This document shows positions 1 to 11,180 of a stretch of 64,000 nucleotides of DNA, piece after piece. Every line of letters starts with the position of its first letter. The first letter of the stretch is position 1. Below the pieces are notes generated by a model. That model was not told the DNA's origin and did no database searches. It was given only the letters and a program-made list of their open reading frames with translations. This DNA comes from Polyangiaceae bacterium (lineage in GTDB: Bacteria; Myxococcota_A; Polyangia; Polyangiales; Polyangiaceae): contig JANRKO010000006.1 in assembly GCA_033763455.1 (NCBI GenBank), positions 416,001-480,000 of the forward strand. The letters are read 5' to 3'. The translations under genes and the position numbers were made by a program.

Positions 1-2
1 TG

Positions 3-3000
3 CTACGCAAGGAGCAGCGCTGGGAAGATCTTCGCTGGTTGCTCGAAACTCGCATTGACAATGCGCACTCTGACGAGAAGCGGGTAACGTTGCTGCTAGG
101 GTGGGCGGAGCTTGAAGAAAACACCCTGGCTGATGTGCCCCAGGCAATTGCTAAGTTTCGTCGTGTGCTCGAATTGGCCCCGACAAATCCCGTGGCACTG
201 GCCCGCCTTCCTGGGCTGTTGTTGAAAGAAGGGGATGCTGCGGGCGCCGCTTCAGTGATGGAAGCCGGGCTAGCACAACTTTCGGGGGATGACCGTGCAG
301 GGGCCTTGATCACGCTGGCCCGCCTTTACGATGCACCCCTCAATCAGCCAGGGCTTGCACTCGAAAGATCTAGAGAGGCGCTCACTTCAAGCGTGTGGCG
401 CGCTCAGGCTATCTCCGTACTCGAAGCCTTGCTGTTAAAGGACAGCGTTCGCGTTCAGGTGGCGCAGGTCTTGGCTGAGCAGTATCGCGAGGTGGGGCAA
501 GGGCAGGACGAAGTACGGGTGCTATTGCTGCTTGAGGCTGAGGCCAAGGAGCCCAGGGCTAAGCTTCAGTTCCTAGAACGGATTGCCGACGTATATCAAA
601 CCAATCTGTCATCCGCCGGGCGTGCTCTGGATGTCGTATTGCGCGGTATCCGACAGTTCCCCGAGGAGCTGAATCTGTGGGATCGCGCCGAAGAGCTGGC
701 TCGCTTAGCTAGCCGTCCGACGGATCTTGCGGAGGTGTTCCGAGAAGTACTGAGCTCTGAACTTCCGCCCGCGCTAGTTGCAGAGTTGTGCGGTCGCGCC
801 GCACGGCTCTACGAAGATCGCTTGGGTGATCCCATTGGCGCTACGCCTTATCTAGAACGCGTGCTTGAGCAAAATCCGGGGGACGAGGCCGCCTTTCAAC
901 GACTTAAAGATATCCTCACGGCAGCAGAACGTTGGAGCGAGTTAGAGTCCTTTTATGGTCGAGCTTCCGAAGGTACTCTGGACCCGATTCGACGCGTCGA
1001 GATGCAGGTCGAGGTGGCATTGATCTGTGAGGAGATCCTCGAAAATCCCGAACGCGCGATCCACTATTACGAGCGGATCTTGGCAACAGAGCCATCGCAC
1101 CCGGCTGCCACGGACGCACTTTTGCGTTTGTACGAGAAGCTCGATCGCAAGCGACCGCTCGCCGAACTCTTGGAAAAGCGTTTGGAGGTCGCTCTAGGCG
1201 ACCACATCTTGAGTATCAAAAACAAGCTGGCACGGCTGAAGCTGGACCTTTTGGAGCCAGAGCAAGCGATTGGGTACGTAGAGGACGTACTCTCGGCTGA
1301 CCCTCAAGACTACGTGGCGCGGGAGTTGGCCGAACGGATGCTGGAAATTGGAGGTTTGCGCGCACGCGCAGCTCGCCAACTCGAAGCCGCTTACGAGGGG
1401 AGGCACGAAATGCGTCTGCTCGATAAGGTGCTCGGAATTCGCCTTGAAGATCTGAGGAAACGTGAGGAAACGGCCGCCGATAGAGACGAGCTCGTGGCGG
1501 AGCGCCGCGAGCTTTTGCTGCGAGTGGCTGAACTCCGGGACGAAAAGCTCCACGACGATCCAGGCGCGCTTCGGTGCCTCGCGGAGTTAGTGCCACTCTC
1601 TCCCCTCGACGAAGTTTCACGGGATCGGTTGCTGGAAGTCGGCCAACGGCTTGGTGCGCACGCCGAGGTTGCTCGTGTACTGATTGAAGCGGCGCGCGCG
1701 GCCGTTCCGTTGAGTGTACGAGGGGAAATCCTGTTGCAGGCGGCACGGCTGTTTGAAGACGTGTTGAACGATGAGGCGAAAGCAGCCGAAACCTACCGTG
1801 AGGTGCTTGCGCTCGACGAGGCAGATGGTGAGCTGGTGTTGCGTGCAGCACGTGCGCTGGAGCCAATTTACACACGTGTGTCTGATTTTATGCGCTTGGC
1901 CGATATCTATCGGCTGATTATCAAACACGAGGTGGACGGTGCTGTGCGTGTGGCCTACCTGGGGAAGTTGGGTCAGCTTTTGGCAGCTGAGCTGAAGGAT
2001 CCCCGCGGTTCGATCTTGGCCTGGAAAGCGCGCCTGGAGGAGGAGCCGGAGGATAGCGAGGCCTTGATCGCGCTCGACTCGCTGTTTTTGGGGTTAGAGG
2101 AATGGGCCAGCCTGGTGGAAGTGTTGGAGCGGCGAAGGCAACTTGCCGACAACTCAGCGGAGGGTAAAGGTTTGCTGGGCCGCATAGCAGCTATCTATCG
2201 CGATCATTTGCGTTCGGTGCCTGAGGCCATTGAGAGTTACCGGCGGTTAAATGAACAGTTCGGCGCCTCTGTAGAAGTGTTGACGGCACTCGAAGCGCTG
2301 TTTGAACAGGCCGCACGTTGGGAAGACTTGAGCGAGGCGCTTGAGCAGCACCTGGGACTTGTCGAAACCAACGACGAACGTCTCAGCTTGCTGGGGCGCC
2401 TCGGGGCAGTAAAGCATCAGCACCTGCACGATGCCGAGGGCGCGATAGAGACGTATCGGCGAGCTCTCGCGATCGATGCGACGCATGCCCCGAGTCAGAG
2501 AGCACTCGCATTTTTCCTGACCTCCGAAGACCCCGCAACACGACGCGAAGCCGCTCAGACACTTCAACCGATCTACGCGGCCGCGGGGAATCACGAAGAG
2601 CACCTTCGTGCTGTCGAGATCCAGCTCGAAACGAGCGACGACCCTTTCGTCAAGTTGGAGAAGTTGCACCAGGCGTTGGCCATTGCCGAGGGGCCTCTTT
2701 CGGATCCATCACGTGCCCTGGCCTTCGTAAAGGCGGCGGTTAGGCTGGCTACTGGCTCTTCGGAGCTGGAAGTTTGGCTTGCGCATCTTGATAGGTTAAC
2801 TACAATGCTGTCGCTGCACGCCGATCATGTTGCGTTGCTGAGCGAGATAGCGCCTGACGTGCTCGATGGTGACGTTCAGTTGAGCGTCTATTTTAAGGTG
2901 GCTGCGGTTGCTCGGCTTGAGCTCAAAGACAATGCTCTCGCGCAGGAATACTACGAAAAGGTGCTCACAGATCGTCCAGACGATCGGCGGGCACTCAGTG

Positions 3001-6000
3001 AGCTTGAGACGTTGTTTGAGGAGCTTGGGCGCACGGACAAGCTTCTCGAAGTGATGGATCGCCGTATTGACGCGGCCGACGGTGAAGCTGAGCAGAAGCG
3101 CTTTCTTTATCGCAAGGCGCAGTTGCTCGCTGGGCCTCAGAAAGACGCAAGGGGGGCTATCGTAGCCTACCAGCGCATTTTAGAGATCGCATTTGAAGCA
3201 GAGGCTCTCGTAGCGCTTGAGAAGCTGCTTGAAGGTTTGGAGGAGTGGGGGGATTTGATTGAGCTCTATCAGCGGCAAATTGACGCAGGGGGCAATTCCA
3301 GATCCGAGTTGCGCGTTAAGCTTGCGCGAGTGCTGAGCGAGCACCAGGGTGACTTCGCGCGGGCCTTTGACGAGCTTGAGACGGCGCTCGAAGAATCCCC
3401 CCAACCAGCGGCTGCCGTCTTGGAACTTGAGCGAATGTTAGCGCACGGCAAGGAAGCGGCTGAGCGGGCTCGTGCGGGCGAGATCTTGGAGCCCATCTAC
3501 CTTAAACGCGCCGCTTACGATGACGTGATGCGCGCGCTCACTGCCCGGCTGGATTACGCTTCCGACGCTGAAGAAAGGCGGTCGCTGTTGACTCGTCTGG
3601 CCAAGCTCTATGAGGAGCAAAAGGAGGATTACTCCGCGGCACTTGAGACGATCGCTCGCTTGCTACCCGATAGCCTCGACGACGAAAGCGTGATCGCGGA
3701 GCTTGAGCGGCTAACCAAAGTGGCAGGCGCGGAGGCGCGGCTCGCTGAAATTTACGCCACTGAGTTGGAACGCCACGGGAGCGATGATGCTTCGACCTCG
3801 AAGCTTTCTCGGCGCACCGGCGAGCTCTTTGCCGCGCAAGGCAAGCCTGCTCGTGCACTCGAATTTTACCGGAGGGCGCTGGATTTTGAGCCCGATAGTC
3901 GCGAGCTCTTTGCCAGAGTGGACAGCTTGTTGGAAAAGACTGGCCAGGTTGCGGAGCGCGTGGCGCTGTACCGAGCGGCGCTTGAGTATCGTTACGACAC
4001 TGCCGAGCGAGTTTCGGCGCTGCATACTATTGCACGTCTGCAAGAGGGCCCGCTCGCAGATCCTGGTGCTGCCATCCTGACGTTTTGCGAAGCACTGAAC
4101 GAAGACGAACGGGATCCAGTTGCGCTTTCGGCTCTGGCTACGCTCTATCGTTCCGCCTCACGCTTTGAAGATTTGGCGGCCCTGTACGAGCGTCAAGCGG
4201 AGGCTCAGGATGGCAAGGGAGAGGCCCAATATCGGCTGCTCTTGGCGGAGATTTATGGCGACGAGCTCAAGGACTTTACTCAAGCAATTGATCAGCTGGA
4301 AGCTGTGATTGCGCTCGAGCCCACCAACGAAGCGGCACTTGCCTTGTTGGAAAAGCACCGCGCACTGCCCGAACAGAAGCTGCGAATCGTAGAAATATTG
4401 AGGCCGCTGTACGAGGCGAAAGACGATTGGCGCCGCCTGATAAAGCTCAACGAAGACCGATTTCAATTGTCAGAAGATCGGCTCGACCAGGTCAGTATAT
4501 TGCGAGAAACAGCAGAGCTTTGGCACAAAAGGGGCCGAGACCTCGAAAAGGCGCGGCGCGCCTTGGAGGAGGCGGTGGCTCTTGACCCAGAAGATGGTTC
4601 CTTGCGCGCCGACTACGAGAGCCTCGTGGCAGAGGCGGGCGCTTGGGAAGCTCTCACGGTGTTCTACGAGAGCCTATTGGAACAATCCCCCAACATGGCC
4701 GACAGTCGCGAGTTGCTTCTAACACTGGCCAAGACGCACGATCAGAAACGTGATGACGCGCGAGCGGCACTGGATGCGTACTCACGCCTTCACCGCGCGG
4801 ACCCAGGCGATAGCGAGCCCCTGGCGCGAATGGAGGAGCTGGCGGTGCTCCTGGGCGATTGGCCAAGGCTCGTTGAGGTGTTGTTGGCGAAAGCTGAACT
4901 CGCCTTGTCGGACGAGGAACGCGCGGGAGCCCTCAGGTACGTAGGTGAGGTGCGGCGCGACATGCTTTCCGATCGCACGGGAGCTTCACGTGCCTATGAG
5001 GACGCTCTTGATATCGACCCAGGTCATGCTTTCACCCTTGATTGCCTCATTGAGCTGTATGAAACCGCCTCAAATCGAGTTCGGCTCGTCGAGCTGTACG
5101 AACAACGCGTACAGGTTACCGACGACGACGATGAGCTCCGTTATCAGCTGCTGCGTAGCGCAGCCGCTGCATACGAGAAGGATCTGGCGGAGAACGGCCG
5201 CGCGGTGGATACGCTTGAGAGAGCGCTCTTGGTAAAGCCCAACGACCCTGAGGCGCTTTCGGAGGTCCAGCGGCTTTACGAGGTAGAGCAACGTTATGGC
5301 GATTTACTGGAAAGCCTAAAAGGGCAGGCCGAATCGACGACGGATCCGAGCAAACGGCGCTCGCTGAACCAACGGATCGCCAAGCTTCTGGCAGTAGAGC
5401 TGGGGAATTTTGACGAGGCGCTGGATGCCTATGCAGGCGTGCTGCGTGAAGACCCAACGGACACGGCTGCCCAGCTTGCCGTGGCGGAGATTGCCACCAA
5501 CAATGATCTGCATCGGCAGCGTGCTGCCGAAATTCTACTTCCGGTACTGAGGAGCCAGGGGCAACACGCGCAACTAGTCTCGATGCTTGAGCTGTGCCTA
5601 GCGGTAGCCTCCGAGCCCAGTGAACGCGTGCAGCTACTCCGGGAAATTGCGCAAGTGGAGGAGGTTTCCCTCCGGCAACCAGAGAGAGCGCGCGCTGCTC
5701 TGTTGCGGGCCCTGGCTGAGGAGCCGGCACTCGTGGAGCTACACACAGAGATCGAAAGGCTTTGTTCAACAAAAGCCGATTTTGGCGCTTACGCCGAGCG
5801 GCTTGAGGAACGTGCGCAGGTAACCTTCGACCCCGACATTGCGCGTGATCTCTTGTCACGCCTGGGTCGAATCGCCGAGGAGCACCTCGCGGACGATCGA
5901 CGCGCCACCTTGGCTTATGGACGAGCGATTGAGCAAGCAGGGGATCAGCCAGACCTTTTGGCCGCCCTCGACCGACTCTACACTCGGCAGGGTCGGTCCC

Positions 6001-8429
6001 AAGAGTTAGCCGATATCTTGGAGCGGCGAGCTCTCGTGGAGATGGACTCGATGCTGCAAGCGGAGCTCTACTGTAGGCTCGGGAAGCTCCAGATCGAGGC
6101 GTTCTCGGCCTTCGACCGAGGGCTTTCGGCGCTTGGTTCGGCGTTGGAGCGTGCACCGGAGCACGCGGGAACTATCGCAGTTCTGGAGTCTCTCACCTCC
6201 AATCGGGAGTTTTTCGAGGCCGTTTCGGAGTTGCTAGAGCCGGTGTATCGAAATTTGGGGCAGACCTCTCACCTGGCCGGATTGTACGAAAAACGCTTGG
6301 GCTTTGCGCAGCAGCCAGAGGAACGCGCACAGATGCGGCGCAGTTTGGCAAGAGTTCTTGAGGAGGATTGCGGCGATCCAAAAGGCGGCCAGCGTGTTCT
6401 TCAGGACGGCTTTCGCGATGCGCCCGGCGACGAGCTTTTGATAGAGGAAGTCGCGCGCCTAGCGGGAATTACGGGGGATTGGGCGAGTGCCTTAGAAGCT
6501 TTGCAGAGTGCGATCGTAGCTACCCCAACGTTGCCGTCTACGCGAACGTCAGAGTTATATGAGTTGCTCGCGAGCTGGAGCGAACAGCACTTGAACGATG
6601 CGCGAGGCGCGGAAGCACTGTTGCAGAAGGCTTTGCAGGAAGAGCCCACGCGTGAGGATGTTCTTCGGTCTCTCGAAAGGCTTCAGCGTGTGCCAGGTCG
6701 AGAGCGCGATCTTGTGGTTACTTTGGAGAGAAGGAGCAAGTTCGCCGTTGGTGACGCAGAGGAGCAGCTACTCAAGGAAGCGGCCGAGTTAGCCACCAAT
6801 CTCGGGGATAGTGCCTTGGTGGAAAGGCTCTTGCGTGAGCTTTTGGCGGCGGACTCTGAAAACACGTGGGGGCTCGCTGAGCTCACAAGAGTCGTGATCT
6901 CAGCCGGTAATTTCCGAGAGGGATTGGAACTTTTGGTCAAGCGCAGCGAGCTCGGTGCGGATGGAGAATCCGTACAGGATTTACGACGCGAAGCAGCCCG
7001 CTTAGCACATAGGCAGCTGCAGGATAACACGAGAGCTATCGAGCTCTACGAGCAGCTGTTCGAACAAGATCCGGACGATAGTGAGACTGCAGCGACGCTG
7101 CGAGAGCTCTACTCCGCGGGCCAAGCTCACCAGAAGCTGGCTGATCTGTTGGAGCGCCTCGCCGAGCAGGCCGAGTCACCCAGCGCGCGCTCGTCCTTGC
7201 GGCTAGATTTGGCCAAGCTTCAGGCCGGACCGTTGAAGGCCCCAAGCCAAGCTGTCGAGCTACTGCAAGCCATTCTTGAGGACGAACCTGGTCAGCCGGA
7301 GGCAGTCGTTTTCTTAAGCGAGCTTCTGGAGCAGGCCGGTCGAGATGAAGAATTGGCGGATCTTTTGCGTATTCAGATCGAGTTCGCTCGTGAGCGCAAT
7401 GAAACTGAAAAAGAGCTGCGCTTTCAGCTGCGTCTTGCTGAAATCTGCGAGACAAGGCTTTCAGATCGTGCACGCGCCATTTCTGTCTACGAGGACATTG
7501 TTGCTCGCGACTCCAAGCACGTGAGCGCATTTCAGGCACTCCTTCGGCTTTCCCGGGCGGAGGGGAACTCCGGTCAATCGGCGTCGTTCCTGGAGCGGCT
7601 CCTAGAGCTCACCGAAGGCGAGGAGAAGCTAAAGCTAGCTGAAGAGTTGGCGTCTACACGGCTTTCAATGGGTGATGAGCCCGGTGCAGCTAGAGCTCTG
7701 GAAGTCGCGCTGAGCCTCAATCCGAAGAATGCGGAGCTTTCTGTTAAGCTGGGTGCCCTCTACGAGAAAAACGCCGAATTCGGCAAGCTCGCGGCACTCT
7801 ACAGCGCACGCGCCGAGCAAGCCAGCACGGCGGACGAGCAGGTAGCGCTCTTGAGAAAGGCCGCAACCGTTGAAAGCCAACACTGTCAGGATCCGGCCGC
7901 GGCCGCGCGGCTCTTGAGGCAAGCAAGCGATCGCAAACCAGAAGATAGGGAGCTTTTGCTCGAATTGTGCGACGCGTACAGCGCGGCAGGCCAAAGCGAC
8001 CAGGCCATTTTGGCTTTGGAAAAAGTGGTAGAAAGCTATGGCGGCAAGCGAGCAAAAGAGCTTGGCGAAGTGCATCGGCGCCTCGCCAACGCGTATCGAA
8101 CGGCCGGCAACATGGCTCGAACGCTTGAGGAGTTGGACAAAGCATTTCGAATTGAACCTGGCAATGTTAGTGTGCTGAAGGAGCTCGGCATGGTGGCACT
8201 GGAAGCCTCCGACCTCAAAAGGGCACAACAGATGTTCCGGGCGCTACTGCTCCAGAAGTTCGACGCACAAAGTCCGATCACGAAGGCCGAGGTTTTTCTG
8301 TACCTTGGTGATATTCACGAGAAGCTCGGCGAAAAGGATAAGGCGTTGCAAATGTTCGAACGTGCCGTGCAGACAGATGCAACGCTCGGTGAGGCCCAAA
8401 AGCGGCTCGATGCTCTGCGGGCAGGGTAA
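3..8429 (+). CDS. Giant tetratricopeptide-repeat protein (myxobacterial AgmK-like), 5' end outside window
   Basis: Frame is open from base 3 (LRKEQRWEDLRWLLE...). More than 2800 aa of helical TPR-like repeats (A..Y..VL..DP.D..AL..L..LY....RW..L). No TM segment seen. Confidence 0.85.
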   Translation, partial: LRKEQRWEDLRWLLETRIDNAHSDEKRVTLLLGWAELEENTLADVPQAIAKFRRVLELAPTNPVALARLPGLLLKEGDAAGAASVMEAGLAQLSGDDRAGALITLARLYDAPLNQPGLALERSREALTSSVWRAQAISVLEALLLKDSVRVQVAQVLAEQYREVGQGQDEVRVLLLLEAEAKEPRAKLQFLERIADVYQTNLSSAGRALDVVLRGIRQFPEELNLWDRAEELARLASRPTDLAEVFREVLSSELPPALVAELCGRAARLYEDRLGDPIGATPYLERVLEQNPGDEAAFQRLKDILTAAERWSELESFYGRASEGTLDPIRRVEMQVEVALICEEILENPERAIHYYERILATEPSHPAATDALLRLYEKLDRKRPLAELLEKRLEVALGDHILSIKNKLARLKLDLLEPEQAIGYVEDVLSADPQDYVARELAERMLEIGGLRARAARQLEAAYEGRHEMRLLDKVLGIRLEDLRKREETAADRDELVAERRELLLRVAELRDEKLHDDPGALRCLAELVPLSPLDEVSRDRLLEVGQRLGAHAEVARVLIEAARAAVPLSVRGEILLQAARLFEDVLNDEAKAAETYREVLALDEADGELVLRAARALEPIYTRVSDFMRLADIYRLIIKHEVDGAVRVAYLGKLGQLLAAELKDPRGSILAWKARLEEEPEDSEALIALDSLFLGLEEWASLVEVLERRRQLADNSAEGKGLLGRIAAIYRDHLRSVPEAIESYRRLNEQFGASVEVLTALEALFEQAARWEDLSEALEQHLGLVETNDERLSLLGRLGAVKHQHLHDAEGAIETYRRALAIDATHAPSQRALAFFLTSEDPATRREAAQTLQPIYAAAGNHEEHLRAVEIQLETSDDPFVKLEKLHQALAIAEGPLSDPSRALAFVKAAVRLATGSSELEVWLAHLDRLTTMLSLHADHVALLSEIAPDVLDGDVQLSVYFKVAAVARLELKDNALAQEYYEKVLTDRPDDRRALSELETLFEELGRTDKLLEVMDRRIDAADGEAEQKRFLYRKAQLLAGPQKDARGAIVAYQRILEIAFEAEALVALEKLLEGLEEWGDLIELYQRQIDAGGNSRSELRVKLARVLSEHQGDFARAFDELETALEESPQPAAAVLELERMLAHGKEAAERARAGEILEPIYLKRAAYDDVMRALTARLDYASDAEERRSLLTRLAKLYEEQKEDYSAALETIARLLPDSLDDESVIAELERLTKVAGAEARLAEIYATELERHGSDDASTSKLSRRTGELFAAQGKPARALEFYRRALDFEPDSRELFARVDSLLEKTGQVAERVALYRAALEYRYDTAERVSALHTIARLQEGPLADPGAAILTFCEALNEDERDPVALSALATLYRSASRFEDLAALYERQAEAQDGKGEAQYRLLLAEIYGDELKDFTQAIDQLEAVIALEPTNEAALALLEKHRALPEQKLRIVEILRPLYEAKDDWRRLIKLNEDRFQLSEDRLDQVSILRETAELWHKRGRDLEKARRALEEAVALDPEDGSLRADYESLVAEAGAWEALTVFYESLLEQSPNMADSRELLLTLAKTHDQKRDDARAALDAYSRLHRADPGDSEPLARMEELAVLLGDWPRLVEVLLAKAELALSDEERAGALRYVGEVRRDMLSDRTGASRAYEDALDIDPGHAFTLDCLIELYETASNRVRLVELYEQRVQVTDDDDELRYQLLRSAAAAYEKDLAENGRAVDTLERALLVKPNDPEALSEVQRLYEVEQRYGDLLESLKGQAESTTDPSKRRSLNQRIAKLLAVELGNFDEALDAYAGVLREDPTDTAAQLAVAEIATNNDLHRQRAAEILLPVLRSQGQHAQLVSMLELCLAVASEPSERVQLLREIAQVEEVSLRQPERARAALLRALAEEPALVELHTEIERLCSTKADFGAYAERLEERAQVTFDPDIARDLLSRLGRIAEEHLADDRRATLAYGRAIEQAGDQPDLLAALDRLYTRQGRSQELADILERRALVEMDSMLQAELYCRLGKLQIEAFSAFDRGLSALGSALERAPEHAGTIAVLESLTSNREFFEAVSELLEPVYRNLGQTSHLAGLYEKRLGFAQQPEERAQMRRSLARVLEEDCGDPKGGQRVLQDGFRDAPGDELLIEEVARLAGITGDWASALEALQSAIVATPTLPSTRTSELYELLASWSEQHLNDARGAEALLQKALQEEPTREDVLRSLERLQRVPGRERDLVVTLERRSKFAVGDAEEQLLKEAAELATNLGDSALVERLLRELLAADSENTWGLAELTRVVISAGNFREGLELLVKRSELGADGESVQDLRREAARLAHRQLQDNTRAIELYEQLFEQDPDDSETAATLRELYSAGQAHQKLADLLERLAEQAESPSARSSLRLDLAKLQAGPLKAPSQAVELLQAILEDEPGQPEAVVFLSELLEQAGRDEELADLLRIQIEFARERNETEKELRFQLRLAEICETRLSDRARAISVYEDIVARDSKHVSAFQALLRLSRAEGNSGQSASFLERLLELTEGEEKLKLAEELASTRLSMGDEPGAARALEVALSLNPKNAELSVKLGALYEKNAEFGKLAALYSARAEQASTADEQVALLRKAATVESQHCQDPAAAARLLRQASDRKPEDRELLLELCDAYSAAGQSDQAILALEKVVESYGGKRAKELGEVHRRLANAYRTAGNMARTLEELDKAFRIEPGNVSVLKELGMVALEASDLKRAQQMFRALLLQKFDAQSPITKAEVFLYLGDIHEKLGEKDKALQMFERAVQTDATLGEAQKRLDALRAG

Positions 8430-8465
8430 ACGGAGCGCCGAACGTCGCTCAGAAGGCTGACTTTC

Positions 8466-9344
8466 ATGTCTCAGGTAGTGATGATCAACGGGCAGCTAGT
8501 ACCTCCCAAAGAGGCCAGCGTAAGCGTGTTCGATCGGGGCTTTCTGTACGGGGATTCGGTCTTTGAAACGCTGCGCACATATAATGGCGTGCCGTTTCGA
8601 ATGGATCTTCATATGGAACGCTTGGCTTGGAGCGCGGAGCGGGTCCTAATTCCTCTACCGGTGACGCTTGAATCGCTCGCTTTGGAGATCGAAGCCGCCG
8701 TTCGCGCTGCAGACAACCCGGACAGCTACGTTCGTGTGGTGGTAACCCGTGGCACAGCCGACACACTGGGGTTGGATCCAGCCCTTTCTATTCATCCAAC
8801 GCGCGTAGTGCTGGTTGGCCCGCTCCACCCGCCGCATCAAGAGGCCTACCAAAACGGTGTGTCTGTTATCACCTACCGCACAGCCCGAGTCTCGGATCAG
8901 ACGGTGGCTTCGGGGGCGAAGGTCGGTAACTACCTCGTGGCTGTGCTCGCGATGCATGAAGCAAAGCAGAAGGGAGCTGTGGAGGCGCTTATTCTCGACG
9001 GCGTCGGGCGGGTGCTGGAGGGTGCAACCTCAAACGTGTTTGCCGTCCGTTCGGGTACGCTCGCCACTCCGCCGCTTGATTTGGGCATCTTGCCGGGAAT
9101 CACCCGGCGCGTGGTGATGGAGCTTGCCGTCCAGCTTGGGCTCGTGGTGCACGAGCAGCCAATAGGCCTTGCGGAATTGCTCGATGCCGACGAGGTGTTT
9201 ATCTCGTCAAGCATTCGTGAAGTATTGCCTGTCGTGGCCGTGGACGAACGAAAGATTGCCCAGGGAACGCCCGGGCACATTACCCAACGGCTGATGGCCG
9301 CATTCCACGAGCTCACGCGTAATCAGGGGTCGCACGAGCGCTGA
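8466..9344 (+). CDS. Class IV PLP aminotransferase (BCAT / D-amino acid aminotransferase / ADC lyase family)
   Basis: DRGFLYGDSVFETLR, catalytic K in GAKVGNY, EGATSNVF, ILPGITR and DEVFISSS motifs. Confidence 0.9.
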   Translation: MSQVVMINGQLVPPKEASVSVFDRGFLYGDSVFETLRTYNGVPFRMDLHMERLAWSAERVLIPLPVTLESLALEIEAAVRAADNPDSYVRVVVTRGTADTLGLDPALSIHPTRVVLVGPLHPPHQEAYQNGVSVITYRTARVSDQTVASGAKVGNYLVAVLAMHEAKQKGAVEALILDGVGRVLEGATSNVFAVRSGTLATPPLDLGILPGITRRVVMELAVQLGLVVHEQPIGLAELLDADEVFISSSIREVLPVVAVDERKIAQGTPGHITQRLMAAFHELTRNQGSHER

Positions 9345-9443
9345 GCGCCGTGCCACGTGCGGTGCGAGGCTCAGCCGAGCGGGTGGGGTGTAGACCTTCC
9401 GAAGCCCTTTGAATTCGTGAAGGCCTTCCGAGCTCTCTATGAT

Positions 9444-10607
9444 TTAGGCGCCTTCGGCTACAGGCTCCGCCGCTTTGGGAGCGGCGCCGGGTCCCGCCTC
9501 GGCTGCGGCGGGCGGAACCTGGGCTACCGGAATCGTTAAGCGACCGTTGTTTTGTGAGAGGATGAGGCCGATTGCCTTCTCAAAGAAACCCTTGAGGAAT
9601 GCGACCTCGTGGGGCGGGTCGGTGATGAGCCCCGCTTTTTCGATGACGTGGATCGTCGCTGCAACTTCCAGTGCTTGCGTTTCGCCATCACGCTGCAAGA
9701 TGCCAAGCGCGCAGTCTTTCATGAGCCCCGCAATTTCCGCTCGGCGTTCGGGCGTGAAATAACGATCAGTGGCGAGTAAGATCTCGGCGTCCAAGTGCTT
9801 CTGCAACTCATCCTGAGGAGGCTCAGCTCCGGGTGTGACGCGGGTGCCAACGCCCTGCAATAGCTCGGCAATAGCCCCCTGTGCTGGGAACCAAGCGCGG
9901 AATTCCGGCAGAGCGTGCAGCTTGAGGGATGTTTTCGCCAAGGTGCGCGCGTCGTCGTCTGCTAACTCGAGCCCTTCGGACTCAAACGGATGCGGCACCA
10001 CTTCTTCGGGAACGGGCCCGAGCAACTCCTGATTGCTGCTCCAGCCTAGGGGCACAGGAAGCTTCGTCTCGGCGTGTTGCCGATGCGCGAGGGCGATTCG
10101 ATAGCGAGCCCACTCCACAGGTACTTGCACTGCCTTGCACTCCGGAGAGGGCAGACCGCGCTGCAGAGCATCTTTGAGCTGCGATTGGCTGAGGGAGCCA
10201 CCTTCGACGCGACGAATGCCCAAAGTTGGGTGCACAAACACGAACACAGCTTGGTTGGGTTTGGTGGTACTGCGGCGCACGACGACGAGGCCAACAGCAG
10301 TGGTGCTATCGGGAGGCAGTAGCCACGCTTCTTCCGTGGTTTCTTCCTTGCTGAGGAAGGCTACAACGTGTGTAGGCTCTGCCAGCTTCACGCCGCGTGA
10401 TTTGAGCACGCCAAGTGCCCGCTTTGCTTCCTTGCGCGCGGGGCCGCTGGGCGCTTCGGCCACGGCCTGGAGTGCCGCACTGTTGGAAGTTTGAGTCCAC
10501 TTTTGAATCAAGTCAGCAAATGCAGGCCCCATTTTCTCAATCGCGACGAGCGCTTGGGCTGCGGTCGCTTTGATGAGGGCGTCGTCAATAACTTTAGTTT
10601 GGCTCAT
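9444..10607 (-). CDS. Hypothetical protein, mostly helical
   Basis: 387-aa ORF with protein-like composition. Start moved to MSQTKV (ATG 10607), 10 nt after the ridA stop. Confidence 0.75.
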   Translation of the reverse strand: MSQTKVIDDALIKATAAQALVAIEKMGPAFADLIQKWTQTSNSAALQAVAEAPSGPARKEAKRALGVLKSRGVKLAEPTHVVAFLSKEETTEEAWLLPPDSTTAVGLVVVRRSTTKPNQAVFVFVHPTLGIRRVEGGSLSQSQLKDALQRGLPSPECKAVQVPVEWARYRIALAHRQHAETKLPVPLGWSSNQELLGPVPEEVVPHPFESEGLELADDDARTLAKTSLKLHALPEFRAWFPAQGAIAELLQGVGTRVTPGAEPPQDELQKHLDAEILLATDRYFTPERRAEIAGLMKDCALGILQRDGETQALEVAATIHVIEKAGLITDPPHEVAFLKGFFEKAIGLILSQNNGRLTIPVAQVPPAAAEAGPGAAPKAAEPVAEGA

Positions 10608-10617
10608 GGATGTTTGC

Positions 10618-11001
10618 CTATTCCGAGATCTGCGCGATGGCGTCGATCTCAACACGAGCTCCCTTGGGGAGAGCGGTCACTTGTACAGTTGAGCGGGCAG
10701 GTGGGTTGGCCCCGAAGTAGCTGCCGTAAATAGTGTTCACTGCGGCGAAATCCGCCAAGTCAACGAGATAGATGGTCGTTTTCACAACGTCACCGAAAGA
10801 TGCCCCTGCTGCTAAGAGCACTGCTTTCAGGTTCAGCAATACACGTTCGGCTTGGGCCTCAATGGGCCCAGAGACCAACTCACCAGTTTTCGGATCGAGC
10901 GGTATCTGGCCACTCAGGAACACAAAGCCCGAGCACCTCACCGCCTGACTGTACGGGCCGATGGCGGCCGGGGCATCAGTGGTGGAGATGGGGGTTCGCA
11001 T
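10618..11001 (-). CDS. ridA: RidA/YjgF/UK114 reactive intermediate deaminase
   Basis: APAAIGPYSQA, LSGQIPLDP, VVKTTIYL, PPARSTVQV.ALPKGA.VEID. Confidence 0.93.
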   Translation of the reverse strand: MRTPISTTDAPAAIGPYSQAVRCSGFVFLSGQIPLDPKTGELVSGPIEAQAERVLLNLKAVLLAAGASFGDVVKTTIYLVDLADFAAVNTIYGSYFGANPPARSTVQVTALPKGARVEIDAIAQISE

Positions 11002-11180
11002 GGGGGCGCCTATCTTCCTCGTAGCCAACGCGCGGATCAAGCCAGGCCGGAACGCTTCAGCGCAAGCTTGCTTCGGAGCACAAAATGCCGGAGTTTCTAG
11101 TGCGCTGTAGCACTGTTAAGCTCGGCATGCTGCGGAGAATGCGAGACTTGGTGCGTGGGGCGGCCCCGAATGGTCGGCTT

